From assembly GCA_042564455.1 (NCBI GenBank), contig JBHPLC010000003.1:8394-72393 (forward strand): a stretch of 64,000 bases of DNA. Direction: 5' to 3'. The stretch comes from Candidatus Zhuqueibacterota bacterium (GTDB lineage Bacteria > SM23-31). The translations under genes and the position numbers were made by a program. Under the pieces are notes generated by a model. The model saw only the letters and a list, made by a program, of their open reading frames with translations, did no database searches and was not told where the DNA came from. This document shows, in pieces, positions 9,637-20,020 of the stretch. The first letter of the stretch is position 1. Each line of letters starts with the position of its first letter.

Positions 9637-10795
9637 CTGTTTTTCCTGATCGTTTAATCATATCATAGACTTTTTGCAGAGGAATATTTTCTTTCAAAGC
9701 AATCTTTTTACATTCCTCATATTCCGGAGCAATATATTTATCATTTTCAAAAACATAACTTTTAACTTTAATATCTCCAAATTCCGTTTTTACATTCTCA
9801 GATTCTCTTTTAAGTTTTTTCCTTGATGTTTCATACATCCTGACACCAATAGAAGAAGTCTCGCTAAAAATAGTCCTCAGGCATCGATCTGAAAAGGATC
9901 TGTCGGTTATAACACTTAATTTATAACCGGGACGGCCCTTTTTCATTAATATCGGTGTCAGAAAAGCATCAACTGCTCCGTCATTTAACAGGCGCTCGAT
10001 CACATACGGTAAAATTTCAGGATTCATATCATCGATATTTGTCTCAATGATCAGTTTGTTATCTTCTTCCAAGGTTTTTGCTGTTTCCCCTGTAATGATT
10101 CTTAGAACATTTGGAAAATCCTCAATATCTCTATCACCGCATCCATAACCTGTACCGGTTATTTTCATTTCGGGCAGCAGATCGACAAATTCGGCCAGTG
10201 AGGTTACAAGCGCTACTCCGGTAGGTGTTGCAAGCTCAAAACCTACTTCCTTTTTTTGTACGGGAAATCCCTCAGCTAATCCAAGAGAAGCCGGTGAGGG
10301 TACCGGTATAATCCCGTGTTCACATTTTACCGAGCCGGAACCCATTGTTATAGCTGAACAATATAGCTTTTCAATACCCAATTTTTCAATACCCCAGACA
10401 GTACCAAAGATATCAATCATTGAATCCATGCTGCCGACTTCATGAAAATGTACATCCTCTTTCGGTCTCTGATGTATCCCGCCTTCAATTTCAGCAATGC
10501 GTGTAAATATTTTAGTGATACTTTTTTTTGCGGTATCTGATAATTCAGATTTATCGACAATACTTAGGATATCGTTAAGTTTTCTATGGTGATGCGAGTG
10601 TTCGACTGTTACTGTAAAATTTATCGAATTAAAACCTTTTTTGTTTGTTCTTTCAGCCTTTAACTCAAAGGAATCTAATCCAACAGATCTCAAAAGTTCA
10701 TCTAATTCTTCGACTATTAAACCAAGATCGATTAGTGCTCCCAATATCATATCACCGCTTACACCGGCGAAACAATCAAAATATGCAGCTTTCAT
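9623..10795 (-). CDS. larC: LarC-family nickel insertion protein (DUF111, pyridinium-bisthiocarboxylate nickel chelatase-like)
   Basis: N-terminus MKAAYFDCFAGVSGDMILGALIDLG is the hallmark of LarC/UPF0272. About 390 aa with a His-rich stretch EHSHHH. Confidence 0.7.
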   Translation of the reverse strand: MKAAYFDCFAGVSGDMILGALIDLGLIVEELDELLRSVGLDSFELKAERTNKKGFNSINFTVTVEHSHHHRKLNDILSIVDKSELSDTAKKSITKIFTRIAEIEGGIHQRPKEDVHFHEVGSMDSMIDIFGTVWGIEKLGIEKLYCSAITMGSGSVKCEHGIIPVPSPASLGLAEGFPVQKKEVGFELATPTGVALVTSLAEFVDLLPEMKITGTGYGCGDRDIEDFPNVLRIITGETAKTLEEDNKLIIETNIDDMNPEILPYVIERLLNDGAVDAFLTPILMKKGRPGYKLSVITDRSFSDRCLRTIFSETSSIGVRMYETSRKKLKRESENVKTEFGDIKVKSYVFENDKYIAPEYEECKKIALKENIPLQKVYDMIKRSGKTDDKM

Positions 10796-10828
10796 TTTTT
10801 ACCCTGATTTTTCGGCTAATACAACTAA

Positions 10829-10847
10829 CGGCGGTATACAACCGCCG
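10829..10847. other. GC-rich hairpin (7-bp stem cggcggt/accgccg, 5-nt loop) in the 85-nt gap between the response-regulator gene and larC
   Basis: Seen directly in the sequence. No T-run follows on either strand. Confidence 0.4.
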
Positions 10848-10880
10848 CAATATATAATAATATTTTTTAAATCCAGTGTG

Positions 10881-12224
10881 TTATTTTTTCGCAAATTTCC
10901 ATAAACTTGCCTGTGCTTTACTGACCAATACATCAAATGTTTGTCCGTCCATCGGGAAATCGGAATATCCAAAATCCAGCAGTATATCATTACCTTTGAT
11001 ACTCGCATCTTCTTCAACCTGTTCTTTGATCTTGCTTGCAATCTTTTCGGTAAGAATTTTTGTTTTTCCCTGTAAAATGACCATAAATGAGTCAAGACCT
11101 ATCTTTACTGCGGAATCTATTGGAGTAATGTTCTTCTGGATATATCCGTAAATTAATTCACCAATATCAAATATCTTTATATTAAAATTGGCATTCTTTT
11201 TAAGATAAAGTTTAAAAATCAATATACTTAAAGTCCCTCTGTATTCACCGGCCTTTTTTATAATATTAAAGAGTTCATTCTTAGCGCCCGACAGCGGATC
11301 TGTTAACAGAGCTTTTCTTTCTTCATTATACTGACCCAACCTTATCATAGGAGCAATCTGAACTGCCATCACTTCAAGGAGTTTGAGTTTTTCCTGATCT
11401 TCGTTATCTTTCAGATCAAACTGGTTAACAATAAAAAGCCCGACCAGTTTATTCTGGGCATTAAGCGGGATAGCTATAAAACTTTTTATCTTTTTCTTGT
11501 CACTATCACCGACATTTTTCTTGAAATTCTCATCTTTTTTAAAACCGTCAATGTCAACTGTTTCATTTGGACGTATTGCCTGTCCAATTATTCCCTCTCC
11601 GAGTTTTATTCTGAATTTGGATATTGTCTTTTTTGACAATCCGATACTCTTTTCAATACAAAAATCCTCATTTTTTTCATCAAAAAGCATAATACTGACT
11701 ACATTTATATCCAGGCTTGTCTCAATAGTGCTTAGTCCGAAGCTTAATACTTCATCCATTTCCTCACTGGTATTAATGATTTTACTCACATCATTGAGGA
11801 TGGATATATCTGCCAGGGCTTTTTCAATTGTTTTTGACAATTCCAGATTTGTTCTTTTAAGCCTTATCCTTTCAGAAACCTTTTTTACGGTCATCAAAAT
11901 TTCTGAAATATTAAAAGGCTTAAAGATATAATCAAAAACATCCTGTTTCAGCGCTTCTATAGCAGATTCAAGGCTTGCATATCCGGTAATCACGATCACT
12001 TCCGTTTCTTTATTTGCCTTTTTTACTGCTTTTGTAACCTGTATACCGTCAACTTTCGGCATTTTCAGGTCAGTAATAACGATGTCATAGAAATTAGACT
12101 GGATATCTTTAACAGCTTTGACAGGATCAGTATAACTTTTAACACGGAAATCTGAACTTTCAAGAACTTCAGAAATAATTTCTATTACTCCCGGTTCATC
12201 GTCTACTATCAAGATGTTTTCCAT
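10881..12224 (-). CDS. response regulator: REC + GAF + degenerate GGDEF domain
   Basis: REC: ILIVDDE...ITDLKMP..G...K. Central GAF-like region. The C-terminal GGDEF fold is recognisable (LTDPLSGAKNE ~ LTGLPNR; KIGLDSFMVIL in place of RYGGEEFVVIL), so the active site is probably inactive. Confidence 0.65.
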   Translation of the reverse strand: MENILIVDDEPGVIEIISEVLESSDFRVKSYTDPVKAVKDIQSNFYDIVITDLKMPKVDGIQVTKAVKKANKETEVIVITGYASLESAIEALKQDVFDYIFKPFNISEILMTVKKVSERIRLKRTNLELSKTIEKALADISILNDVSKIINTSEEMDEVLSFGLSTIETSLDINVVSIMLFDEKNEDFCIEKSIGLSKKTISKFRIKLGEGIIGQAIRPNETVDIDGFKKDENFKKNVGDSDKKKIKSFIAIPLNAQNKLVGLFIVNQFDLKDNEDQEKLKLLEVMAVQIAPMIRLGQYNEERKALLTDPLSGAKNELFNIIKKAGEYRGTLSILIFKLYLKKNANFNIKIFDIGELIYGYIQKNITPIDSAVKIGLDSFMVILQGKTKILTEKIASKIKEQVEEDASIKGNDILLDFGYSDFPMDGQTFDVLVSKAQASLWKFAKK

Positions 12225-12292
12225 TAAAATACTCCTTTATTTAAGAAAACCTTTCAGATCATATAAGAAATGAGGATATTAACGGGTAAGGT

Positions 12293-13930
12293 TTAAGTAA
12301 ATCTGGATTGGTAAGTGATCTTCATCTCTCCTTCCTTAGAGAAAACCATAGCCATTTTATATGTATATTCAGACATCATTTTACTCTGATCTATACTAAG
12401 AAGAACATTTCTGTAGATCGTGGTCGCCGAGATCTTCTTCTGCTCCTCGCTTATCATAACTTTAAATTCTTTTTGCAGCTCTTCTTTTTTCTTCTTAACA
12501 TCCTCCTTTTTCTCCTCTACTTTCTTCAGCTTTACCAATAATTCTTTCAGCTGTTTTGTTTTTGCTTCAGGAAATTTAGGAAGTTTCTTTTTAAGAAGTT
12601 CAATAAATTCTATCTCTTTTATCAGACTCTGTGATGCTTTTTCAAGATATGCTTCATCTCTTTCTATAATAAGCATCTTTTCGTATAATTCTCCTCCGAC
12701 ACGCCCCCCAACCTTAACATCCGTACGCAGATAACTTGCAGAACCGATAGTTTTTGCTTCTATTGATTTCTCAGCATAAAGTTTTCCGCCGATTATCGAT
12801 CCTCTGCCCTCTGTTGCTTTTATACTGTTTTCAGCGCTGACTATCGAATTCATAATATATTCGCCAACTGTAACATCATTTCCCACTTCAACAGTAGCCT
12901 CATTAATGAATTCAGCCCTGACATCCTTTGCTGCGATCAGTTTGGCTTTTTCCTGACCGACAACACCGCGGCTTATGACTATGTTTCCTTTCGATGAGAT
13001 AATTTCAGCGCCTTCAACAACACCCCTGATCCTGATATCACCTTCCGTCTTAACCTTAAATCCGGTTAAAACATCCCCTGATACCGCCACATCTCCGGTA
13101 AATTCAATATTTCCGGTTGAATAATCAACATCACCGTGAATTGCCAGAATGTTCTCTACGCTTAATCTGTCTTTTTGATGGACGATCCTGCCGCTTAAAG
13201 AAGCATACAAGGATAGTCCGTCCTGAGAAATATATGTATTTTTCCCCTGAGGCAGATTTTTATCTTTTCCGGTTGAATCTATAACCTCACCCAGGACATT
13301 CATTCCGTCCTGACCTTTTGTGGCAGGAATCTTTACAGCAAGCAATTGGTCTTTTTCAACTGTTCTGAGCATACTGATCTGATGAAAATCAACGCTGCCG
13401 TCATCCTTCACCAAAGGTTCTGTGCTGATATCGGTATCAACTTCAACTACTATCTGCGCTTCTTCACCGATCATTGCTTCTTCGCCTCTGGCTATTATCT
13501 CTTTCTCAACAAATATTCTATTTCTGATTATCTGTTTTATCTTTTCATAATCAACGTTATAGGTCACTCCCGATTCATATATCTTATGAAGGAGATCCCG
13601 TTCCGTGATTTCCACAGTATCAGTTGAGGGAAAGGTTACATCCAGGTAAGCTTCAAGAGCGTCTTTAGACACTGTAATCCGTATATAGTCATTTTTCTCT
13701 GATGAATATTCAACTAATGTATCAGCAATTTTAACAGGTTTCTTTAAGGTCTTCTTATATTGTTTGATAATATCATCATAAGGAGCCTCAAGTACTCCTA
13801 TCTGAAGTAACTTCTGTTCAAGAGTAGAAGAATCAAAACCATCCACATGTTCTGCATTGAAGACAAAAACACCCTCGTCTTCAATTTTCAAACCTAACTT
13901 TTCCAGTTCTTCTTTGTCAACGTAGCTCAT
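12293..13930 (-). CDS. FapA-like (DUF342) protein with beta-helix repeats and C-terminal K/E coiled coil
   Basis: Central repeats of the G-x-V/I pattern (NIEFTGDVAVSGDVLTGFKVKTEGDIRIRGVVEGAEIISSKGNIVISRGVVG...), typical of the DUF342/FapA beta-helix, followed by a lysine/glutamate coiled coil. Confidence 0.55.
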   Translation of the reverse strand: MSYVDKEELEKLGLKIEDEGVFVFNAEHVDGFDSSTLEQKLLQIGVLEAPYDDIIKQYKKTLKKPVKIADTLVEYSSEKNDYIRITVSKDALEAYLDVTFPSTDTVEITERDLLHKIYESGVTYNVDYEKIKQIIRNRIFVEKEIIARGEEAMIGEEAQIVVEVDTDISTEPLVKDDGSVDFHQISMLRTVEKDQLLAVKIPATKGQDGMNVLGEVIDSTGKDKNLPQGKNTYISQDGLSLYASLSGRIVHQKDRLSVENILAIHGDVDYSTGNIEFTGDVAVSGDVLTGFKVKTEGDIRIRGVVEGAEIISSKGNIVISRGVVGQEKAKLIAAKDVRAEFINEATVEVGNDVTVGEYIMNSIVSAENSIKATEGRGSIIGGKLYAEKSIEAKTIGSASYLRTDVKVGGRVGGELYEKMLIIERDEAYLEKASQSLIKEIEFIELLKKKLPKFPEAKTKQLKELLVKLKKVEEKKEDVKKKKEELQKEFKVMISEEQKKISATTIYRNVLLSIDQSKMMSEYTYKMAMVFSKEGEMKITYQSRFT

Positions 13931-13993
13931 AAATGTATTATCTTGTTACCTATATAAGATTTATTAAATTAATGCAGGAAATCCGATCAGAAA

Positions 13994-14590
13994 CTATTTT
14001 TGTTCTTCTGAACTTTCATCTTCTACAGAGTTTTGAGTTTCGTCCTGTACCACATCCTGTGTTTCATCCTTTACCGGATCAGGAGTTTCATCCTGTTCCT
14101 CGTTAGGACCATCAACGCCAGCCTGGTCTTCTACGATTTTTTCATCTTCACCAGTTTTTTCTGTTTCAACAGACGTTACAGGCAAACCTTCGACGAATTC
14201 GGCATTTTCCTCTTCACCTTCTTCTGGTGTTTCATTGACCACTTGTTCCATTTCAGATTGATCTTTTGAAACCGACACCTCTAAGTTACCTGTTTCAAGA
14301 TCGGCATCCAAAGGATCATCAACAGGTTTTTCCGAATAATCCAGCTGGATCTTTGCTGTTTTCCCGCAAGCACACTCAATATCAATACTATCGATCACAT
14401 TATCTTTTTTATAGACCTTTATAGTAAAAGATTCACCTTCAATGGTATCCTTTTGACCCAATAATTCCTGTGAATCTTCAACTGTAATATCTTCATCCGG
14501 GATCAATCTCTCTAAAGATCCCTCATTATCAATACTTTCGGGATCTGTGGCACTGATGTCGAGTAAATCAATAAAATTATCGTTTGCCAT
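13994..14590 (-). CDS. acidic hypothetical protein (D/E-rich, CxCG motif)
   Basis: 198 aa, first gene of the operon. The C-terminal half is strongly acidic low-complexity (DETQDVVQDETQNSVEDESSEEQK). I recognise no family. Confidence 0.4.
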   Translation of the reverse strand: MANDNFIDLLDISATDPESIDNEGSLERLIPDEDITVEDSQELLGQKDTIEGESFTIKVYKKDNVIDSIDIECACGKTAKIQLDYSEKPVDDPLDADLETGNLEVSVSKDQSEMEQVVNETPEEGEEENAEFVEGLPVTSVETEKTGEDEKIVEDQAGVDGPNEEQDETPDPVKDETQDVVQDETQNSVEDESSEEQK

Positions 14591-14810
14591 AATGAATTTC
14601 TAAAAATGCCTAGATAATGAATTTATATTAAATTTAAAATAAAGTCAAGGGAAATAAATCCCTTAATTTATATACTGTTTGCATTCTATTATCGTCAATT
14701 ATTAATAAAATTGTTATTATTTCGGATTATTTTAATTATCCCCTGTTTCACCTCTGGTGAATGATCTTTCTAATTTAAACATAATGTATGCAATATTTGC
14801 TCCTTAAGAC

Positions 14811-14846
14811 ATAAAAAAAGCCTCCCGGATGAGGAGGCTTTTTTTT
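14811..14846. terminator. bidirectional Rho-independent terminator
   Basis: aaaaaaaGCCTCCcggatgaGGAGGCtttttttt: a 6-bp GC stem flanked by an A-run and a T-run, 13 nt downstream of the TolC-like gene stop. Confidence 0.75.
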
Positions 14847-14858
14847 CAACAAAAACTG

Positions 14859-16451
14859 TTATCTACCGGTGATATACTGCTTAACCGTTTCATTCAGCGG
14901 ACAATCGTTCTCAAAATCCCAGAATGTAGTTTGATAAAGCCGGGACAATGCTGCAAGATAGTCTATTCTTGCATTAAGAATGTTCAACTGTGCAGATTTT
15001 AGTCTCTGGTTGGATATGTCAAGATCGTTGGTGGAGATATCCCCGAGATTGAATTTCTCAAGATTGATATCATAGGTTCTCTGTGCAAGCTCAACGTTAC
15101 CGCTCTGCAGTTCGATCCTCACCCTTGCATTATTAAGGTCTTCAAGGTTTTGCTGCACCGAGATATCAAGCTGTTCTATAGCATAATCCATGGCTTTTTC
15201 CGAAAGCTCAAGCTGCAGTTCGGATCTCTGTGTTCTGATCTTTCTTCTCCCTGAATCCCATATCGGAATGTTAAGACTAAGACCGAGGGAATTTGTTTGT
15301 GTAAAATCCTTAAAAAGTTCATCAGTCCAACTCCAATCTCCCCTCCAGAATTCGGCAAAAGGATCTGACTCATTCAAACCGTAAGATCCTGAAAGATTAG
15401 CCTGTATCTTATCCTGAGCCTGTGTTACCCTGATATTGTTTTTCTGGTCGATCAGACTGTTTCTTGATCGAAGCAAATTCAAACTGTTCTCAAGGGCTTT
15501 CTGTTTAGCAATCTCAGCATCGATATTAATAAACTGTATTTCAATACCTTCTTCTGCAGGTACATCTATCTCCTGATCCTGTTCCAGTCCGATAAGTCTT
15601 TTAAAGTTATCCTTTGCCTTACTGTAATTGAGTTTTTGCTGTTCAAAAGAGTTTTCGGCATTCTTGAAAGTCAGCTCATTCTCCATCATCTGAACTTCAG
15701 CAAGTATACCGGCAGCATATTTATTCTGTGCTGTTTCAAAATTAAATCTTGAATTTTCAAAATCCTTTTCATCGATCTCGAGGTTTCTTTTACTCCGAAC
15801 CAGACCATAATACGCTGATAAAACATCCCCCCATATACCGTTTTCTGTTCCTTCATAAGATTTTTCTGCATAATCAAAATCACGCATACTGCTTTCAAAT
15901 TCCATCATTTTAGTATTCGGCTGAAAAAGAGGCTGTGTCAACCTTAACCTGAAAGAATCAGTCCATCTGTGTGTTTCAGTGATTTTGCCATTGTTTTCAG
16001 AATACTGATTTGAAGTAGTGTATCCTGCTGTCAGTGAAAGGTCACTGTTCGTCCATCTCAACGGCTGTGTGATACTAAGGTTTGCATTTGTTGAAATGGT
16101 TTTATCGTTCCTGTAGACATTTCCAGTTGGTGTAGGTATTTCACGGATACTCTGATTATAAGATGGTAGGTTAAATGATAACCTGGTACTCGTTTTCTGG
16201 TTTGCCAGGCTTAACTGGCGCCCGAGATCGCTGATCTCAAAATTAGTTCTGCTTGTTTTGATATTATAACTCTGTGTTAACGCTATCTGCAGCGCATCTT
16301 CAAGTGTCAATACCATTACATCCTGGCCAATACCATCCGCCGGTATGGCAAAAAGAAAGGCAAACACCATTATAAGGTTCAAATAAGCCGCCTTCGACTT
16401 CAACAACTTCGCTTTCAACATTTCAAAACTCCTTTGATATTTTCTGTTCAA
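14859..16451 (-). CDS. TolC-like outer membrane efflux protein (OEP family)
   Basis: Signal peptide, then two repeats of the helix/strand pattern with a leucine/glutamine-rich alpha-barrel. The start more likely is the internal Met at 16421 (MLKAKLL...). Confidence 0.6.
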   Translation of the reverse strand: MNRKYQRSFEMLKAKLLKSKAAYLNLIMVFAFLFAIPADGIGQDVMVLTLEDALQIALTQSYNIKTSRTNFEISDLGRQLSLANQKTSTRLSFNLPSYNQSIREIPTPTGNVYRNDKTISTNANLSITQPLRWTNSDLSLTAGYTTSNQYSENNGKITETHRWTDSFRLRLTQPLFQPNTKMMEFESSMRDFDYAEKSYEGTENGIWGDVLSAYYGLVRSKRNLEIDEKDFENSRFNFETAQNKYAAGILAEVQMMENELTFKNAENSFEQQKLNYSKAKDNFKRLIGLEQDQEIDVPAEEGIEIQFINIDAEIAKQKALENSLNLLRSRNSLIDQKNNIRVTQAQDKIQANLSGSYGLNESDPFAEFWRGDWSWTDELFKDFTQTNSLGLSLNIPIWDSGRRKIRTQRSELQLELSEKAMDYAIEQLDISVQQNLEDLNNARVRIELQSGNVELAQRTYDINLEKFNLGDISTNDLDISNQRLKSAQLNILNARIDYLAALSRLYQTTFWDFENDCPLNETVKQYITGR

Positions 16452-16650
16452 TATTTATATTTATAATTGATCTTTATCAGCAAATTTCAAATTTTAAGAG
16501 TATTTCAGTTTGTTTGACAAATTATATACAATTAAGTTTGTTTTTTGTTCAATTTGAGTCAAATATTAGCAGAATTATTACAAAATATTAATTTTTATAC
16601 ACTTTTCAGCCATTTTTATAGAATAAGACTAAAATAGTAGTATAAAAGTT

Positions 16651-19600
16651 CTAATTTCTTTTATCCTGCGGATTTAAATTTAAAGGAATGAACCGAACCG
16701 CATCAGCATATAACCATCCATCCGCCTCATCTGATAAAACAACAGCAGCATTTTCCCCCATTTCAAAATAATAGCTGCCGAGGCTGTTCCATCCTGCCGG
16801 GAGGAAATGCCATTCTAAAGAGACACTTTCTATACCCCCGCTATGATGAACAGAATAATTATACCTTGTTGCAGAATTCCTTGTAAATGAGTTTGATTCC
16901 CCCTTCCCCTTAAAGAGGAAAACCTGCACATCATAAAGTCCTGACTCAGGCATTTCAGTTTCCCAAGTTGCAGGGATACTTCCCGATCCTTTTCTTTTTT
17001 CCCTGTAAGTTACCTTATACTTTCCGAAAGCATCATCATCAAGCCTTATTCTCCATACCTCCCTTACTTCTGATGGTCTTAAGAACTTCCGTTCCTGCTC
17101 ACGAAAAGCAGAAAAACCCGGATCGAGGTCATCAACAATAATTCCTTCAACCTCCAGGTTGTCGGTAATAATCTCTTTTATACCGTCCCAGGCTGTAACC
17201 TTTTCAAAATCCTCAGGAACCTGCAGTCTTTCTCTAATAGCACTCTGATTCTGTGAGAAAATCGGATCGATAATGATCTCTGTAGGAACATCTTCCGTTA
17301 TAAATCCGAACATCAGTTCCTGTTTTCCATTTATTCTGCTTTTCTTTGTTATTTCATCATTCTTGGTCTTTAAACTGACCTTCAAAAATCCCTCATAATT
17401 TTCACCATTTTTTATTTTCAGATCAACCACATACTGAACACCCTTTTCTCCGCCTTTTGTTTTAAAAACTTCGAGGTTGGTGACCTTGTAACCCGGAAAC
17501 GCATTTCCAAATAACCAGCTGTCAAAAAACCAGTCCAGGGATTCACCTGATACTTCTTCACAGACCTTCTTGAAATCAAGGATCGAGGCATCTTTGTAAC
17601 TGTACTCCTGCACAAATTTATTAAGTATCCGTTTGTATTTTTCCGGTGTGATGATCTCTCTTAAAACCTTGTTTATTTTTTCCCCTTTCACCATCATCAG
17701 AACATGAAAATTATTATTATTCAGATCGGGTTCGATCTCTGTCAGGGAGGTCGATCTTATCAACTGATACAATGTGTCTACGGGCACTCCGTAATCTCTC
17801 TCAAACTCCATAACTTCCCATTCCACACCTTCAATTACAAAATACGGATCGCTGCGGTTTGTTACAAAGAACTTTATTTCCTCATTTATCAGATTCTGCA
17901 GATAATTATCAAAATAATACTCAAAAACGGGGTACGGGGAATCAACAAAATTCAGTCTCTGTGACCAGAAACTTGACATTGGGGCCGGTATTAGATTTTC
18001 CTCCATTACGCGTTCGAACATTCTTACTTTATTCTTGAAGATCTTATTAACAATAATATCGACAAACATATCTTTTTTTATGTCAGCATCACTTTTTTTC
18101 TCACCTTTTCTATCAGCATTGTTTTTTGCTCTCTCGAACTTCTCCTCATAAGAACCTGCCACATTATATTCCGGAACAAAAATAATTCCGGCCTGCGCGG
18201 ATTCATCAGACATCAATCCGTTAAAAGCATAGTATTGAAATGTTAATGGTATCTCAATATAAGACAGACTTGAATATGGATAATCCAGTCCTGTTAATTC
18301 TTCAATACCCCGGAAAATATCTTCTACTATCGGTTTGATCTCTCCTGTGACTTCAGAGAAAAACTCAGCAATTACCTGATGTTTTTCACTTAAAACCAGG
18401 TTGATATTTATTCCGCTTATATCAGTCGAGTACATCCGATATCTTCCTGTAACCAGAGGGATGCTTTTAATTGGAATATCCGTACCGTATGTAAATACTT
18501 TTCTGCCCTGTGAACTTGTTGAGTCTATTCCGATAAGATCCACCGGCGCTACAGCAGTCAGGTCTTCCGGAAGATCAAATGTCCATTTTCCTGTAAAAAA
18601 CTGTACAGGGAATTTTTCAGGATACATATAGGCATATGGATTCCCCAGCTGCGGATACCATAAACTTTCCTTCAATAGATACCCAAAATCTCTTGTTAAT
18701 ATCGACGATTCATTTTCAAATGTTGCTATAGGGACCATAATACCGTTATTTGGTTTATTTATCACACCCGGATCAATGTCACTTCTGTTCAGGTAAAGTA
18801 TCCTTTTATCAATATCCCCCTGAAATTCAAAAATGATCTGCCGTTTTTCACCTTCGGAGAACGGTTTGTCCAGTTTAACGGATATTTCGATGTCATTTCT
18901 TGAATAGTTCAGGTTATTCCCGTTACCACCTGAAATTTTCCTGATCTCAAGGCCTGGATTCAAAGAAAACTGAATTTCGTTATAATCAAGATCAGATTTT
19001 GCCTCAAGTTCGATCTTCGAGACACCCAAGACAGGAATACCATCACTGTAAAACTTATAATCAAGATCGTAATTTCTGATATAATAATTACTGTCGGATT
19101 CTTTATTAAATGAAATAGTGATTATATCGTGTTTTTCATTTTTACGTTCGGCTTCTGCGATCCAGGAAGAATAGAATATAAATAATGCCCCGGCAAGACA
19201 CCCCAGGCCGCCGAATGAGGTCAGGTTAGCATAAAACTTTGACTGGTGCAGCCTCGGATAAAATAACACTACTGTCAGGCTAAAGAAGAAAACTCCTAAA
19301 AGAACGTAGAAGATCCTCTGTTTTATAAATATTGCCTCATTCAGTATATCAACAAGATCAGAGGGAAATAACGGAAGAAAAAATCCCACATAATCTGTAA
19401 ATATCCATAGCTGATTTAAAGTGAAAGCATGGTCTCTGGATAAAAGGAACATACCAATGGTATAAGCCATAACAAGTGTAAAAACAGCAGCGGTATTTCT
19501 TATCAACGAAGATATGAATATAATAAATGCTGTTGAATAAAAAAGTGCCGGTATATACAGCAGAGCAAAATATTTGAAATAAAGATCAAGTGACCATGAC

Positions 19601-20007
19601 CAGTTGACAAGCCTGTTGACTAAAGACAGAATAAGAACAACAGATGATGTAAGTAGAATTAATGGAATAACAATACCAAGAAATTTTCCCAAAATATATT
19701 CAAGGTTTGTCATAGATTTGGTATTCATGACTTCATTGACCTGGTATCTGCTGTCTTTCTCGCGGAAATCCCCTGAAAGAAAAATTACGATCAGTATCTG
19801 GAAAATATTGAAATAATAGAACAATACATAAGGTCCTGTGCCTTCAAGGCCTGCCGCTCCGAATTCAACTCCGAACCTTTTTGAAATTATAAAATACACA
19901 TTAAAAATTATCGGTAATATGGCAGATAGGATTGCCAATATCCAGAACTTCCAGGTCCTGACAAGCATCAGTGATTCATATTTTGCTATAGTAAAAAGAT
20001 ATTTCAT
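16651..20007 (-). CDS. ABC-2-type permease (N-terminal about 290 aa, 6 TM helices) fused to about 830-aa extracytoplasmic domain
   Basis: The N-terminal multi-TM region resembles ABC-2 permeases. It lies immediately downstream of an ABC-2 ATPase. No HExxH or GAMEN motif in the exodomain. Confidence 0.55.
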   Translation of the reverse strand: MKYLFTIAKYESLMLVRTWKFWILAILSAILPIIFNVYFIISKRFGVEFGAAGLEGTGPYVLFYYFNIFQILIVIFLSGDFREKDSRYQVNEVMNTKSMTNLEYILGKFLGIVIPLILLTSSVVLILSLVNRLVNWSWSLDLYFKYFALLYIPALFYSTAFIIFISSLIRNTAAVFTLVMAYTIGMFLLSRDHAFTLNQLWIFTDYVGFFLPLFPSDLVDILNEAIFIKQRIFYVLLGVFFFSLTVVLFYPRLHQSKFYANLTSFGGLGCLAGALFIFYSSWIAEAERKNEKHDIITISFNKESDSNYYIRNYDLDYKFYSDGIPVLGVSKIELEAKSDLDYNEIQFSLNPGLEIRKISGGNGNNLNYSRNDIEISVKLDKPFSEGEKRQIIFEFQGDIDKRILYLNRSDIDPGVINKPNNGIMVPIATFENESSILTRDFGYLLKESLWYPQLGNPYAYMYPEKFPVQFFTGKWTFDLPEDLTAVAPVDLIGIDSTSSQGRKVFTYGTDIPIKSIPLVTGRYRMYSTDISGININLVLSEKHQVIAEFFSEVTGEIKPIVEDIFRGIEELTGLDYPYSSLSYIEIPLTFQYYAFNGLMSDESAQAGIIFVPEYNVAGSYEEKFERAKNNADRKGEKKSDADIKKDMFVDIIVNKIFKNKVRMFERVMEENLIPAPMSSFWSQRLNFVDSPYPVFEYYFDNYLQNLINEEIKFFVTNRSDPYFVIEGVEWEVMEFERDYGVPVDTLYQLIRSTSLTEIEPDLNNNNFHVLMMVKGEKINKVLREIITPEKYKRILNKFVQEYSYKDASILDFKKVCEEVSGESLDWFFDSWLFGNAFPGYKVTNLEVFKTKGGEKGVQYVVDLKIKNGENYEGFLKVSLKTKNDEITKKSRINGKQELMFGFITEDVPTEIIIDPIFSQNQSAIRERLQVPEDFEKVTAWDGIKEIITDNLEVEGIIVDDLDPGFSAFREQERKFLRPSEVREVWRIRLDDDAFGKYKVTYREKRKGSGSIPATWETEMPESGLYDVQVFLFKGKGESNSFTRNSATRYNYSVHHSGGIESVSLEWHFLPAGWNSLGSYYFEMGENAAVVLSDEADGWLYADAVRFIPLNLNPQDKRN

Positions 20008-20020
20008 ATTATTAGATCAG

